Shown here: positions 20,417 to 31,094 of the stretch, one piece after another | Layout of the letters: each line of letters begins with the position of its first letter | Numbering within the stretch: the first letter of the stretch is position 1 | Origin: Promethearchaeota archaeon | Lineage (GTDB): Archaea > Asgardarchaeota > Lokiarchaeia > Sigyniarchaeales > SOKP01 | DNA length: 64,000 bases | Assembly (NCBI GenBank): GCA_029838195.1 | Contig: JALGVJ010000011.1 | Coordinates: forward strand, 48,044 to 112,043 | Reading direction: 5' to 3' | Notes under the pieces: generated by a model | The model's input: only the letters and a program-made list of their open reading frames with translations | The model's database searches: none | Told to the model about the DNA's origin: nothing | Position numbers and translations under genes: made by a program

Positions 20417-20716
20417 ATAACGAAAGAGAGCAGAAATCTAGTTTAGAATTTTAAATTTTATCCCCCATGAATTATCAAATTTATTGAATTGAATTTAGAA
20501 ATAGAAGTGTTTTTCCTAAAAAAAGAGTGTAAACAATAGAATTAGGAAAAAATGATCAACCACAATATCTTTAAATCTAAAAATTCAAAAGAAATGTTTT
20601 TATTTTAAAAATTATCCTATATCGTGTTTTATTTTTAAGTAATTCAATGATTTTTGAATTAGGGTTGATTGGCAAATTGGATAAAGTAAAATTACACGGT
20701 AAAAAGGTTAAAAACA

Positions 20717-22075
20717 ATGATAAAATTTCATTCTACAAATAGAAATACTAAAGATGTTGATTTCAAAACCGCCATTTTGCGGGGACAAGCTTTGGATAAA
20801 GGGCTTTACATGTTAAATGAAATACCTAAATTGTCCCTCGTAGAAATTCAAGATCTAAAATCAAAGACAATAACTGAAATCGGATTTGACATTCTCTCTA
20901 AGATCATTGGAACGAGCATTCCTGAGAATAAATTAACAGAAATCATAACTGATGCTTTAAATTTTGAAGTGCCGGTGGAGCAAATCGATGGTAATGATTA
21001 TATTTGCTACTTAGATCGAGGTCCAACTTGCAGTTTTAAAGATTTTGGGGCGCGCATTTTAGCTCGCATGATGGAATATTTCTTAGAACTGGAAAATAGA
21101 GACATTATTATCTTAACGGCCACTTCAGGTGATACGGGGGGAGCAGTTGCGCATGCTTTTCATAAAATGAAAAGGATCAATGTAGTGGTCCTTTATCCAC
21201 GTGAAGAAATCAGCGAATTGCAGCGAAAACAAATGACCACTTTAGGAAAAAATGTTCTTGCTATTGGAATCCATGGAAAATTTGATGATTGCCAGCGATT
21301 GGTTAAAATGGCATTTGCCGACCCTGATTTAAAACATTTAAACCTTTCTTCAGCAAATTCGATTAATTTTGGTCGCTTACTTCCCCAAACCTTGTATTAT
21401 TTTTGGAGTTATTCAAGAATTACAAATAAAAATAATGAACAGGTTATTTTTTCAGTACCCTCAGGAAATTTTGGAAACTTAATGGGAGGTTTAATTGCTC
21501 ACGAAATGGGGCTACCTGTTAAAAAATTTATTGCGGCCGTAAATGAAAACAATGAGTTTCCAAGATTTTTAGAAACAGGTATTTATGAAAAAGTAGAACC
21601 CTCTAAAAATTGCATTTCTAATGCCATGAACGTGGGGCATCCCTCCAATTTGGCAAGAGTTATCGATCTGTATGGTGGAGAAATAGATGAATTGGGAAAT
21701 ATCAAAAACATGCCGGACATGGAAAAGTTAAGACGGGAGATTATATCATATTCTATATCAGATGAATTAACTAAAGAAACAATAAAGAATTTTTACATTA
21801 AATATGAGAAAATCCTCGAACCACATGGTGCTGTTGGTTGGGCTGCTTTGAGAAAATATCGTCATACTAATCCTCAAGATAATATTTATAAAGCTGTATC
21901 TTTTGAAACCGCAGATCCTGCCAAATTTCCGGAGGAAATCATTTCACTTATCAAAATATATCCTAAAATGCCGATATCATTGAAATCGATTCAGGAAAAG
22001 GAAGAACACATCGTTTCAGAAAAAATCTCCTCTTATGAAGATTTTAAGAAATTTCTTAAAAAAAATTATTCATGA
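20717..22075 (+). CDS. thrC: Threonine synthase
   Basis: GPTCSFKDFG (PLP Lys), ATSGDTG, SANSINFGRL, VPSGNFGN, EPHGAV, TADPAKF. Confidence 0.95.
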   Translation: MIKFHSTNRNTKDVDFKTAILRGQALDKGLYMLNEIPKLSLVEIQDLKSKTITEIGFDILSKIIGTSIPENKLTEIITDALNFEVPVEQIDGNDYICYLDRGPTCSFKDFGARILARMMEYFLELENRDIIILTATSGDTGGAVAHAFHKMKRINVVVLYPREEISELQRKQMTTLGKNVLAIGIHGKFDDCQRLVKMAFADPDLKHLNLSSANSINFGRLLPQTLYYFWSYSRITNKNNEQVIFSVPSGNFGNLMGGLIAHEMGLPVKKFIAAVNENNEFPRFLETGIYEKVEPSKNCISNAMNVGHPSNLARVIDLYGGEIDELGNIKNMPDMEKLRREIISYSISDELTKETIKNFYIKYEKILEPHGAVGWAALRKYRHTNPQDNIYKAVSFETADPAKFPEEIISLIKIYPKMPISLKSIQEKEEHIVSEKISSYEDFKKFLKKNYS

Positions 22076-22095
22076 AACTTGATAAATAAGCTTTT

Positions 22096-23016
22096 TCAAC
22101 GTTCGATGATCTTCTTTAATTGAACCTTAAACTCTTCGATATACGAATCATTTATTTGCTCATTATCATTTTTAAGTAGAATCAAGTAATAAATCATATC
22201 CAATCCGTCAAAATGGAGTTGTTTAAAAATGAAAAACCTTCCATTATATTCAATAATCATATCTTTAGCAGGTTCGGAAAACTTTTCTTCAGAAGATACG
22301 AAAGAATCATTTAAAAATAATAAATAAGCCATTGACTTATAAAGAATGTTTTTAATTTCTTCAGAAACGTGAAATTCCGCCACGATTAAAGAGTTATCAT
22401 CTAATAAGATGGCCCCTTGCGCATTCATGGCGATAGACAATTTTTCGATTTGTTCATTTATTAATCCAGATTTTGGATGGAGTTCTAAAAAGATCTCAGA
22501 CATCACTCGAATTAAATGTTCAAAATCATAAATTGAGGTTTTATAATAATGAATTTTGTCATAACGTGTTTCTTCAATAATTTTTGATTTAATATAATTG
22601 CATCTCTTTTCAAACTCTTTCTCATGGATCTCTTTCAATTGAGGGTCATATTTATGAAAAAAAATGTAAATAATCGGGTGTAAATTTAAAGCCGTGTATT
22701 TTAATAAAATCTCTTTAAAATAAGCAAGAGATTCCGGAATTCTCTCTTCATTCTGAATATCGATGGTATATATACATATCGCTGTATTATCAAGAAACTT
22801 ATCAGGATTATTTAAATAGGTGATACGAAAGGACGTTTGTCCTCCTAAGTCATGTTCAATTATTTTTTCTCCGAAAAATGAGAAGATCCTTCTCTCAATC
22901 CCTCTTGTAGGTCTGAGATAGGCAATCTTAGATAATTCTCTTTTAAGTACTAAAATAATGGACGTCTTTCCTGCATCATCTAATCCCATGAATACGATTT
23001 TTTTCAATGGATACAC
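22096..23016 (-). CDS. Rag/Arf-like small GTPase with C-terminal roadblock/longin-like domain
   Basis: GLDDAGKT, PTRG, DLGGQ, HKYD (Rag-type G4), TSIYD, C-terminal GAILLDDNSLIV; GTG start. Confidence 0.88.
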   Translation of the reverse strand: MYPLKKIVFMGLDDAGKTSIILVLKRELSKIAYLRPTRGIERRIFSFFGEKIIEHDLGGQTSFRITYLNNPDKFLDNTAICIYTIDIQNEERIPESLAYFKEILLKYTALNLHPIIYIFFHKYDPQLKEIHEKEFEKRCNYIKSKIIEETRYDKIHYYKTSIYDFEHLIRVMSEIFLELHPKSGLINEQIEKLSIAMNAQGAILLDDNSLIVAEFHVSEEIKNILYKSMAYLLFLNDSFVSSEEKFSEPAKDMIIEYNGRFFIFKQLHFDGLDMIYYLILLKNDNEQINDSYIEEFKVQLKKIIER

Positions 23017-23449
23017 GCCACTTTTTAAAATTTTTTTAAAAAAGAAATCAAATTATATCCTCAATCTTAAATTAAAAATGCGATTATTTATTTTTATTTT
23101 TTTAATTTTGATTTATTACATGCTTCATTAAATTAACATCCTTACTTTTTTACTTCAGTTTTTTAGCATTTTAATTAACATGAAATTTAATTATTTTTAA
23201 AATTAAATTAAAAAAACATGTATTTGCCCAAGATTTTAATTAATCAAAGTAGCTTGTATAAATTTAAATAGAACTCATTATTACTTCTTCTGTAAAAATT
23301 CTAAGTGTTGAAAATTTTACAGCTATAAATTATTAATTATCAGAAAAATTATTTTTAAATCATTTTCATGATTCTACTTGTGTCTTGAATTATTCCATCA
23401 AAAAACTCATGATACTATAAAATTCCCCGATAACATGAATATATGAGAA

Positions 23450-24682
23450 ATGCGGATTAAAAAAAATGGTATAAAGAGTTGCAAGGATATTTTCGTTCTT
23501 TTTTTGATATTCAGTCCAATCCTATTATTTTTTGGGTTCATGTTCATTTATCAACGTTCCTTCCCCGATGAAAAGAAGCCATTTGTTCAATTTTCCGGTA
23601 AAAATCCCAATGTTGAAGCGATAATTACTTGGGAAACCACTACTGATGGAAATTCCATTGTATGGTATGGAATTTCAAGAGATTCTCTCAATTGGAAAAA
23701 AGTCTCTGATGAGAAGGTTTTCATTCATCGAGTTCTTCTTACTGGCTTAAAACCGGACACTCTCTATTTCTATCGAGTGGGTTCAATAAATGTGGATTCT
23801 GGTGAAACCATTTTTCGGAGTTTCATTAATTCCTTTAGAACAGCGCCTCTAGAGAAGAAAAAATTTCAATTTATAGCTTATTCCGATTCACAACAAATTG
23901 TTGGAATTGGTTGGCATGCACGGATTTGTAACGCAATTGCTAAGCATTCTGATATTAGTTTCGTAGCAGATGTTGGAGATCTCTGCCAAAATTGGGATTA
24001 CAAACCTGATTGGAATCAATTCTTTTATGAGGCTTCCGTCTACATGAATAAGACTTCTTTTGTTCCCTGTCTGGGAAACCATGATGGCTATTATCCTGAA
24101 GAAGAAGGGGAAGAGAGACTCCATTATTATAAACAATATTTTGGAACCCCTACTGACATGGATAGATTTTATTATAGTTTTGAATGGGGCCATGTTTTAT
24201 TCGTAATAGGAGAGATCTCCACGACTTCCGATGAAGATCCTTCACAATTAAGGAACATGGCTCACGATCTTTGGCTGAATAAAACCCTTGAAAAAGGCCA
24301 GGATAAAACTTTCCGGATCTTGATGTTCCATCGACAAGTCTTTAGTGCAGAAAAAAATAATGAGCAACTTATTTCTCGCATCACTCCGATTGTAAAAAAA
24401 TATAATGTATCATTAGTTTTATATGGTCATCATCATCATTATGAAAGATTTTTACATGAAGGACATACCTATGTATGCTTGGGAGGAGGGGGTGGACAAC
24501 AATTTGGTTCGAATTGTTTTCGTCCCACGGAATTCACGAAAGCGTTTGCCATGGGGCCTTCCTATACTAAAATATCCATATCATTAGAAAAAATAAACGT
24601 TATTACCTATTCTGCTGAAAATGAGATAATTGATAATTGTACTTTAATTTTAACGCAAAATAATACCCTCTTGCTTGAATGA
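23450..24682 (+). CDS. Membrane-anchored purple acid phosphatase-like metallophosphoesterase (FN3 plus catalytic domain)
   Basis: N-terminal TM, HRVLLTGLKPDTLYFYRV, DSQ, GDL, GNHD, GHHHHYER. Confidence 0.9.
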   Translation: MRIKKNGIKSCKDIFVLFLIFSPILLFFGFMFIYQRSFPDEKKPFVQFSGKNPNVEAIITWETTTDGNSIVWYGISRDSLNWKKVSDEKVFIHRVLLTGLKPDTLYFYRVGSINVDSGETIFRSFINSFRTAPLEKKKFQFIAYSDSQQIVGIGWHARICNAIAKHSDISFVADVGDLCQNWDYKPDWNQFFYEASVYMNKTSFVPCLGNHDGYYPEEEGEERLHYYKQYFGTPTDMDRFYYSFEWGHVLFVIGEISTTSDEDPSQLRNMAHDLWLNKTLEKGQDKTFRILMFHRQVFSAEKNNEQLISRITPIVKKYNVSLVLYGHHHHYERFLHEGHTYVCLGGGGGQQFGSNCFRPTEFTKAFAMGPSYTKISISLEKINVITYSAENEIIDNCTLILTQNNTLLLE

Positions 24683-24724
24683 ATAAAAAAAAGATATAGA
24701 CAATTAATAAAATTAAGAACGCTC

Positions 24725-25411
24725 ATGTTTTGGATTCCAAATATCACAACTCTCGTGCTGGCTTGGCTAATTCAATGTATCATCCTCTCAAGATTCATTT
24801 TAACTCGTCATTTTACATGGATTAATCAAAATACTAAGCATTGGTTAATAAAAGGTGGTAAAATCTTCTTTCAATTGACATTAGCCAATTTTTCATTGAT
24901 ATTATTAGATACGAGCGTGAAATTAATAATTCTTTTAATAAGATACGATACTCCTCTTGCCCCTCATCTTTCTTCGATTATATTAACATGCTTCTTAGCA
25001 ATAGAACTCTTAACCCTTATTCTTGTATTAACCCCTAATTTGAAAAAGATAATTATTTTTAGTGTCATGCTAATAGTTTTCCTCATGGTATTCGAATTCT
25101 ATTTGAATGTCGCCAATTTAGACGAATTAAATGTTTTCGGCTCTAAATATTCTCCCATGCTATTTGGAATGGGAGTTCCCCTCATGTTTGGGATAATGAC
25201 CTCCATCTTTTTTACCTTGACAAGGATATTTTTTAAAAATTGCCAAAATTTACTCGCAAGATTAACTACTCCATTTTGGAACAAAACCGAAAAGATGAAT
25301 AAAATCTGGAAAGAAAAGCCCCAATTTATCATTTGGATTTTATTATCAGGAGAAGTAATCTTAAATCTTCAAGGCCTCTCTTTACTATCATGGATTGCAT
25401 TCCTCATTTAA
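24725..25411 (+). CDS. Multi-pass membrane protein
   Basis: About six hydrophobic segments; 43 bp after the phosphatase gene. Confidence 0.7.
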   Translation: MFWIPNITTLVLAWLIQCIILSRFILTRHFTWINQNTKHWLIKGGKIFFQLTLANFSLILLDTSVKLIILLIRYDTPLAPHLSSIILTCFLAIELLTLILVLTPNLKKIIIFSVMLIVFLMVFEFYLNVANLDELNVFGSKYSPMLFGMGVPLMFGIMTSIFFTLTRIFFKNCQNLLARLTTPFWNKTEKMNKIWKEKPQFIIWILLSGEVILNLQGLSLLSWIAFLI

Positions 25412-25714
25412 AAGATCTTGCTCTTTTAATTAAGATTAACGCATGATGATTTTTCATCCATGTAAAAAGAAGAAAATAACTCAACATGGAAGTATGTTTA
25501 TTTCACGAGTAATTTATATGCATTTCGCATGTTGTTCGTTGAATCCAACCATTAATTGTAAACAAGAATGGAATAAAGAAGATTTTTCATTTCAATCGAA
25601 TTTTCAATCTCTTTAAAGCGAAGTAAATTTTTAATTATATAAAAATAGATGAAAGATAAATTTAAGTAAGCTTAATTTTATAATTAATGAAATATTTAAA
25701 ACTTAGAAATAATA

Positions 25715-26674
25715 ATGAGCATCCCTCATCTTGGTGTGAAAAAAAAAGAGGCTGAGGAATCCGAGAAGATTCTATTCACGGGTTTAGATAATGCCGGGAA
25801 AACAACAATCATTTATGCATTACAACGCGAATTTTCGAAAATAGCTCTTTTAAAACCTACAAGAGGCGCGCAGAGACGCATTTTTGATTTTTTAGGTAAA
25901 GAGATTGGTGAATGGGACCTTGGAGGACAATTAAAATACCGTATTAGTTATTTAAAGAATCCAAGCAAGTATTTTGATAAAACTTCAATTTGTATATATG
26001 TCATAGATATCTTGGCAAAATCACGCTATAGAGAATCCATCGATTATTTAAAAGATGTCATTAAAAAATTCGAAGAATTTAAAATTTCGCCTCCTGTATA
26101 TATTTTACTTCATAAATATGATCCTGCCCTAGTGAAATCCGCCGCAAATAAGATGAAAACGTTAGAGCAAGACATTAAAACGATGGTTAAAAAAGACATT
26201 AATTATGACAAGATCTTTTTTTATAATACCACGATATTTGACTTACCCCATATTATTCACGTGATGTCAGAAATTTACTTGAATTTATATCCTAAATCTG
26301 AATTAATAGATAAGCTTATTAAGGATTTTGCCATTAAAGTGTTAGCAAATGGAGTGGAAATCATTGACAACAATTCCTTAATTATTGGTTCGTATTATGA
26401 TAATGAGGAAACAAAGAGCTTAACCTCTCGTTCTAACCCTTATTTTCTAACTTTAAATGAATCTTTTAAAAAAGGAGAAGGAAGGGGAATGAGTACTGAA
26501 ATGAGAAACCATATTTTAGTCCAACGATTTCAAAAATATTTCATTTTCAAGGAAATATCTCTTGGTTCGGAAACGCCCCCCTATTATCTGTTAATTTTGA
26601 AAAACAATCCTAATTTTAACATTGAGGATTTTGAATCGCTCGCTAATTTATTAAAAGAGATATTATACAAGTGA
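25715..26674 (+). CDS. Rag/Arf-like small GTPase with roadblock/longin-like domain, close paralog of 22096..23016
   Basis: GLDNAGKT, PTRG, WDLGGQ, HKYD, TTIFD, IIDNNSLII. Confidence 0.88.
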   Translation: MSIPHLGVKKKEAEESEKILFTGLDNAGKTTIIYALQREFSKIALLKPTRGAQRRIFDFLGKEIGEWDLGGQLKYRISYLKNPSKYFDKTSICIYVIDILAKSRYRESIDYLKDVIKKFEEFKISPPVYILLHKYDPALVKSAANKMKTLEQDIKTMVKKDINYDKIFFYNTTIFDLPHIIHVMSEIYLNLYPKSELIDKLIKDFAIKVLANGVEIIDNNSLIIGSYYDNEETKSLTSRSNPYFLTLNESFKKGEGRGMSTEMRNHILVQRFQKYFIFKEISLGSETPPYYLLILKNNPNFNIEDFESLANLLKEILYK

Positions 26675-26885
26675 GTAGTTTCCATTCCCTATTAATCCCT
26701 TACGTTCAGTGTAAGAGGTGATGCCATGCCATGGATTACCATTGAACTCAATTAAAAAAAATTAAAATAAATTTATATTTCTAATATTTTATCTTTTATT
26801 TAGAGATAAGGATAATCATTTGATAATTTTATAATTTTTATAACGCTTTTTTTTTTTAAAAAAGAAGAAATAAGGTAAGGAATAC

Positions 26886-28076
26886 ATGCGAATTTGCCCT
26901 AATTGCGGTGCAACGAATTCTGAAATGAATGGCAACACGTGTAGGAAATGTGGAGCACTCCTTCCCGTATCGTTTCAACCTCCTCGCTTGAAAATTAATT
27001 TAGGGAAAAAAAAAGAACCCGCAACCCTTTTACCAGAAAATAACTTTAATGAGCAGGGAGAAAATCAAGAATTAACTCCAGGAACCCAACCCATTCCGGG
27101 AGAATTAAAATTTTTTGCCGGTATACAAAAAACCAAGGCACCTACTGAACAAGTTAACTTAGATTTAAGTCCCATCCCTCAAGAATCCAACAATAATAAA
27201 AATGAAATGGAGGTTTTTAAAGAAGAGATTTCTAATGAATCCTTTCAGTCCGAAGAACGGAAGCCTCCTCCAGAAGAGGGGCTATCTCAAGATAAAAACT
27301 ATTTAAAAGAAGTCTCACCTCCTCCTTTTGAAGGATCGTTAATCATTAAAAAGGGAATTTTTAGACCCCTTGCTACTAAAATTAATAGAGAGGATGAAAG
27401 TAAATTAAAAGAAGATTTGCCCAAAATTGCCGAAGGGCTCTCAGAAGAAGTGCCTAAAATCATTATCCCGAATATAAAAACCCCGCCTAGCGAAAATAAG
27501 CCAATAGAAAGAATTCAACCACCAAATGCATCCGAAAACTTCTCCGAAGAGTTAATAAAAGATATGAGATCCCTCCTTTCAAATCTATCAGAAAAACTAA
27601 AGGTACCGGAAGATAAACGGAAAGAAGAAATCCGAAATCAGCAAAAAGTAACTGCTAAGAAAATAATTCCTCCTCAAAACATGAATGATATTTTAAAAAA
27701 ATTATTATCTTTGGATTTACAGATTGAAGCAGCGGCAATAATTAAAACTGATGGAACTATTTTAGCATCCGCTATTTCTTCCATGATTTCCGATGAGATC
27801 TTCATTACAATCAGCAAGAATTTAACTGATATTGGTAATGATATAATCAATTGGTTAAACGCGGGTCCTTTAGAAATGGTTTCCATCAAAGGGAAACAAG
27901 GGATTTTAGACTTGGCACTTCTCGAAGAAAACATACCGGAGCTTCGAGATTTGATTTTAATTATCTTTTCTCATCCAAAAGCAAAAAGAGGCGTGATTAG
28001 TTTAGCTATTAATATCGTTAAGAAGCAAGTATTCGAATATTTAGGAATTATAAAAAAAAATTCTCAAAATAATTGA
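26886..28076 (+). CDS. Zn ribbon, Pro/Glu-rich linker and C-terminal roadblock/LC7 domain protein
   Basis: CPNCG...CRKCG; IEAAAIIKTDGTILAS...LEMVSIKGKQG roadblock pattern. Confidence 0.85.
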   Translation: MRICPNCGATNSEMNGNTCRKCGALLPVSFQPPRLKINLGKKKEPATLLPENNFNEQGENQELTPGTQPIPGELKFFAGIQKTKAPTEQVNLDLSPIPQESNNNKNEMEVFKEEISNESFQSEERKPPPEEGLSQDKNYLKEVSPPPFEGSLIIKKGIFRPLATKINREDESKLKEDLPKIAEGLSEEVPKIIIPNIKTPPSENKPIERIQPPNASENFSEELIKDMRSLLSNLSEKLKVPEDKRKEEIRNQQKVTAKKIIPPQNMNDILKKLLSLDLQIEAAAIIKTDGTILASAISSMISDEIFITISKNLTDIGNDIINWLNAGPLEMVSIKGKQGILDLALLEENIPELRDLILIIFSHPKAKRGVISLAINIVKKQVFEYLGIIKKNSQNN

Positions 28077-28852
28077 GCCTGATAAGATAACCTATTAACC
28101 TTAACCTTGCAGAAATGAGGAAGATTAAGATAAAATTCTTGGAGAAAAGCATTGAATTGATAAATAGATACTAATGGAATGTTTTGTTCATTAAATCGTG
28201 AAGTATTATCTTCTAATGTAACCATGATTGGTACCAAGAAAAATGGCAATCTCAGTCTTTTCATTTTCGACATGCCAATTAAACCTTGAAGCATTGCCGA
28301 TAAAATATTTGGATTATGTTGTAGAGCAAGAATTCTTTGGAATTGTAAATTTGCCGCCTTATTTATTGAAGCATATGAATCCTTTTTTCGCCATTGCTTT
28401 GCATCAATGCATAGCATGTATTTATTGTTAAATCCAATGACATCTATCTCGTATTTCTTTTGTTTCGTTTTATTTTTGAAATTAGATTTATCAGAAAAAT
28501 GAAAATTTCTTAAAGAATAATACCCATTCCTTTTTAAGATTTCTTGGATTAATACTTCAAATCCATGACAATCTAATAATTCAGAGAGAACTTGCAAATC
28601 TTTTCTTAAAAACTCCATTGCTTCTAAAATAAACGCAATTTTATCTATCGAGATGTAGTTCCACCTTTCTTTTCTAATAAACGGAATTTGCCTCAAAAAT
28701 TGATCTCGTTGATATTCATCAAATTGCTTTAAAAATTCGATCTCTGAACAACTAATCCAAGGATTTCTTAATTCTACATCGGATTTAGAGAGAAACCAAA
28801 AGATTTCTAAAAAGAAATCCTTGAGATCAAGACGAGAAGGAAAAAATTTCAT
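28064..28852 (-). CDS. PD-(D/E)xK nuclease-like (Mrr/NERD-type) protein
   Basis: FEVLIQEIL..GY, YEIDVIG, CIDAKQW. Confidence 0.8.
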   Translation of the reverse strand: MKFFPSRLDLKDFFLEIFWFLSKSDVELRNPWISCSEIEFLKQFDEYQRDQFLRQIPFIRKERWNYISIDKIAFILEAMEFLRKDLQVLSELLDCHGFEVLIQEILKRNGYYSLRNFHFSDKSNFKNKTKQKKYEIDVIGFNNKYMLCIDAKQWRKKDSYASINKAANLQFQRILALQHNPNILSAMLQGLIGMSKMKRLRLPFFLVPIMVTLEDNTSRFNEQNIPLVSIYQFNAFLQEFYLNLPHFCKVKVNRLSYQAQLF

Positions 28853-29096
28853 GGGATATCTAAGTCATAAATTAATATTTAAATCTTAAGGGCGTGCTTT
28901 CCACCTAATTAATATATACAATAATTATATTAAACGTTTTTTTGTTGATAAAAGATTCTTTTCAAATCACGTGAGCTCGTGTTAATTTTTAATTAAATTT
29001 TATAACCTAAGCCATTAATAATATTGTTTATCTTTTTACAAATTATATGATCTTTTATAGAGATTAATTGTAATAAAAAAGAAAAGAAGGCGTTTC

Positions 29097-30917
29097 ATGG
29101 AGTTTTTACCTAAAATTTTACCTAAAGTGTATAGAACGGAAGGCGATATGGTGGATTTTGATCCCTCTAAAATATTTGAAAGCATAGTAAAAGAAACGGG
29201 CATGGATGAGAAAAATGCGAATAAAATTACAGAATTAACTACCCGGCGAATTATCAGTTCTGGCATAAAATTCCTGTCAGGCCCACACATTCGCGAAATT
29301 GTATGTTCGATTTTATCCGAGCAACATTTTGAAAAAGAGAGGAAATTGTATACAAGAATTGGAATGCCTCTCATGGATTATGAAGAGATATTAGAGCATC
29401 CTCCCGAAAAATTAGGAGCTTTCCCAGAAAGCGTGCATCAAATTGCAGCTAATCAGCTATCCTTGGAATATACTCATTTGAGGATCTTGAGTGAAGAAGA
29501 GTCAAAGGCTCATTTATATGGAGATATTTACATTCATGGCTTAGAGAATTTTGAGTTGAAACCTACTAATCAATATTGGGATCCCCGCTTAATTTTAAAG
29601 AATGGGTTGCCACCCTTGAAAAATTATCGAAACGGATGTAGACATGCTCCCGCACGCACAATTGAAGAGGCTATTTTGCATCTTACAAAATGGTTGGCCA
29701 TGACTTTCCATGAATTTAATGGCATTCAAGGGTATCTATTCCTGAATGATTTTCTTGCGCCTTATATTAGGGGATTGGATGATGAGCACGTTAAAAGAAC
29801 AATGAAATTGTTAATACATGAACTAAATCAATTAAATCTCACGACAGGGCGTAGGTTACCCATTACATTCATTTCTACTTATCCAGGAATAGTTTCTTCT
29901 CTCGAAAAGCTTCCGGCAATAGGGCCAAAAGGAGAGGAAAAAGGAATATTGGGAGATTTTTCAGAGGAAGGTTTGAAATTATATAATATCATAGTAGATC
30001 TATTCAAAAAGGGTTGCATTGAGAAAAAACCATTAGTAACACCGAGACACTTCATTTACCTTGATGACCATGTTGTTAAACAAGAAAATGATCATGGCTT
30101 TTTCCAAACCACATGGGAGGAGAGCTTAGGGCCTAACATTCCAATATTCATCAATCTTAGAGGGGGCCAACTTCAAGAATTAAAGGAGGAATTTAAAAAT
30201 CCACAGAAATTCTATAATCACGGAATTCTTCAGAAAATAACGTTAAATCTACCGAGATATGCATATTTAAGCAGAAATGAAGATGAGTTTCGGGAAATTT
30301 TACGGGAAAAAATGGAATTAAGTTTGGGTATTTTAAAGAAAAAAAAAGAACTCATTCAGAAAAGGCTGTTAAATAGGCAATTACCATTATGTAGTAGTGA
30401 ACATGAACAAAATGAAAAAATATATAATTTGGAAGATCAAATCCTCGGCATTGGATTTATCGGATTGAATGAAACAGTTAAAATATTAATTGGTGAAGAG
30501 CTTCACGAATCGGAAAATGCATTCGAATTAGGATTGAAAATAGTCAGAGAAATAAAGAAATATTGCACGGAATATTCAACCATTAGGTCCATGAATCTTG
30601 CTCTTTTTGATTGTAATTCGCAAAAAGTCACTTCGAGATTCACAAATTTGGATCTCAAGCATTTTTCTGATAAAATTCAATTACCGCTCAATGGTATCAC
30701 AAGAGTTTACAGCCAATCAAGCAAATTTAATGAGGAAGTAGAAACCGAACTCTTGACATGGATTAAAAAGCAAGGTCAATTTCATGAATTAATTAACCGA
30801 GAAGTCATGGAATATTTCCCTAAAAAGTTCATTGAAGGTTCCATAGAGGAGTTTAAAAAATTTGCTCTTGTTTCACTTAAAGAATCCAAGCTTGGTGCAT
30901 ATACTTTTAGATTTTAA
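29097..30917 (+). CDS. ATP-cone plus class III ribonucleotide reductase (NrdD)-like protein, apparently non-catalytic
   Basis: ATP cone (FDPSKI..SIVKET, IREIV), AHLYGDIYIH, ITLNLPRYA, IGFIGLNE; lacks the C-terminal CxxC/RxxGY glycyl-radical domain. Confidence 0.8.
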   Translation: MEFLPKILPKVYRTEGDMVDFDPSKIFESIVKETGMDEKNANKITELTTRRIISSGIKFLSGPHIREIVCSILSEQHFEKERKLYTRIGMPLMDYEEILEHPPEKLGAFPESVHQIAANQLSLEYTHLRILSEEESKAHLYGDIYIHGLENFELKPTNQYWDPRLILKNGLPPLKNYRNGCRHAPARTIEEAILHLTKWLAMTFHEFNGIQGYLFLNDFLAPYIRGLDDEHVKRTMKLLIHELNQLNLTTGRRLPITFISTYPGIVSSLEKLPAIGPKGEEKGILGDFSEEGLKLYNIIVDLFKKGCIEKKPLVTPRHFIYLDDHVVKQENDHGFFQTTWEESLGPNIPIFINLRGGQLQELKEEFKNPQKFYNHGILQKITLNLPRYAYLSRNEDEFREILREKMELSLGILKKKKELIQKRLLNRQLPLCSSEHEQNEKIYNLEDQILGIGFIGLNETVKILIGEELHESENAFELGLKIVREIKKYCTEYSTIRSMNLALFDCNSQKVTSRFTNLDLKHFSDKIQLPLNGITRVYSQSSKFNEEVETELLTWIKKQGQFHELINREVMEYFPKKFIEGSIEEFKKFALVSLKESKLGAYTFRF

Positions 30918-30994
30918 TAGATCCCTCTTGCAAGTGAATTTTTACCGAAAATGTTAATATCAAAAATTTTATATTTTTTTAATTTACATTATTT

Positions 30995-31076
30995 TTAAAG
31001 AACCCAGAATTAATAACTTTTAAGTTATTAAAAGGAACTTCAATCGACCATGCCTCTTGAATTAAGGGTTCTTTAA
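30995..31076 (+). promoter_or_regulatory. Structured 5' leader candidate
   Basis: ttaaagaaccc (30995-31005) pairs with gggttctttaa (31066-31076) and encloses hairpin taataactt-tt-aagttatta; TATA-like ttttatat ~25 nt upstream; aggag before ATG 31095. Confidence 0.45.
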
Positions 31077-31094
31077 CCATCAGGAGATATAAAC

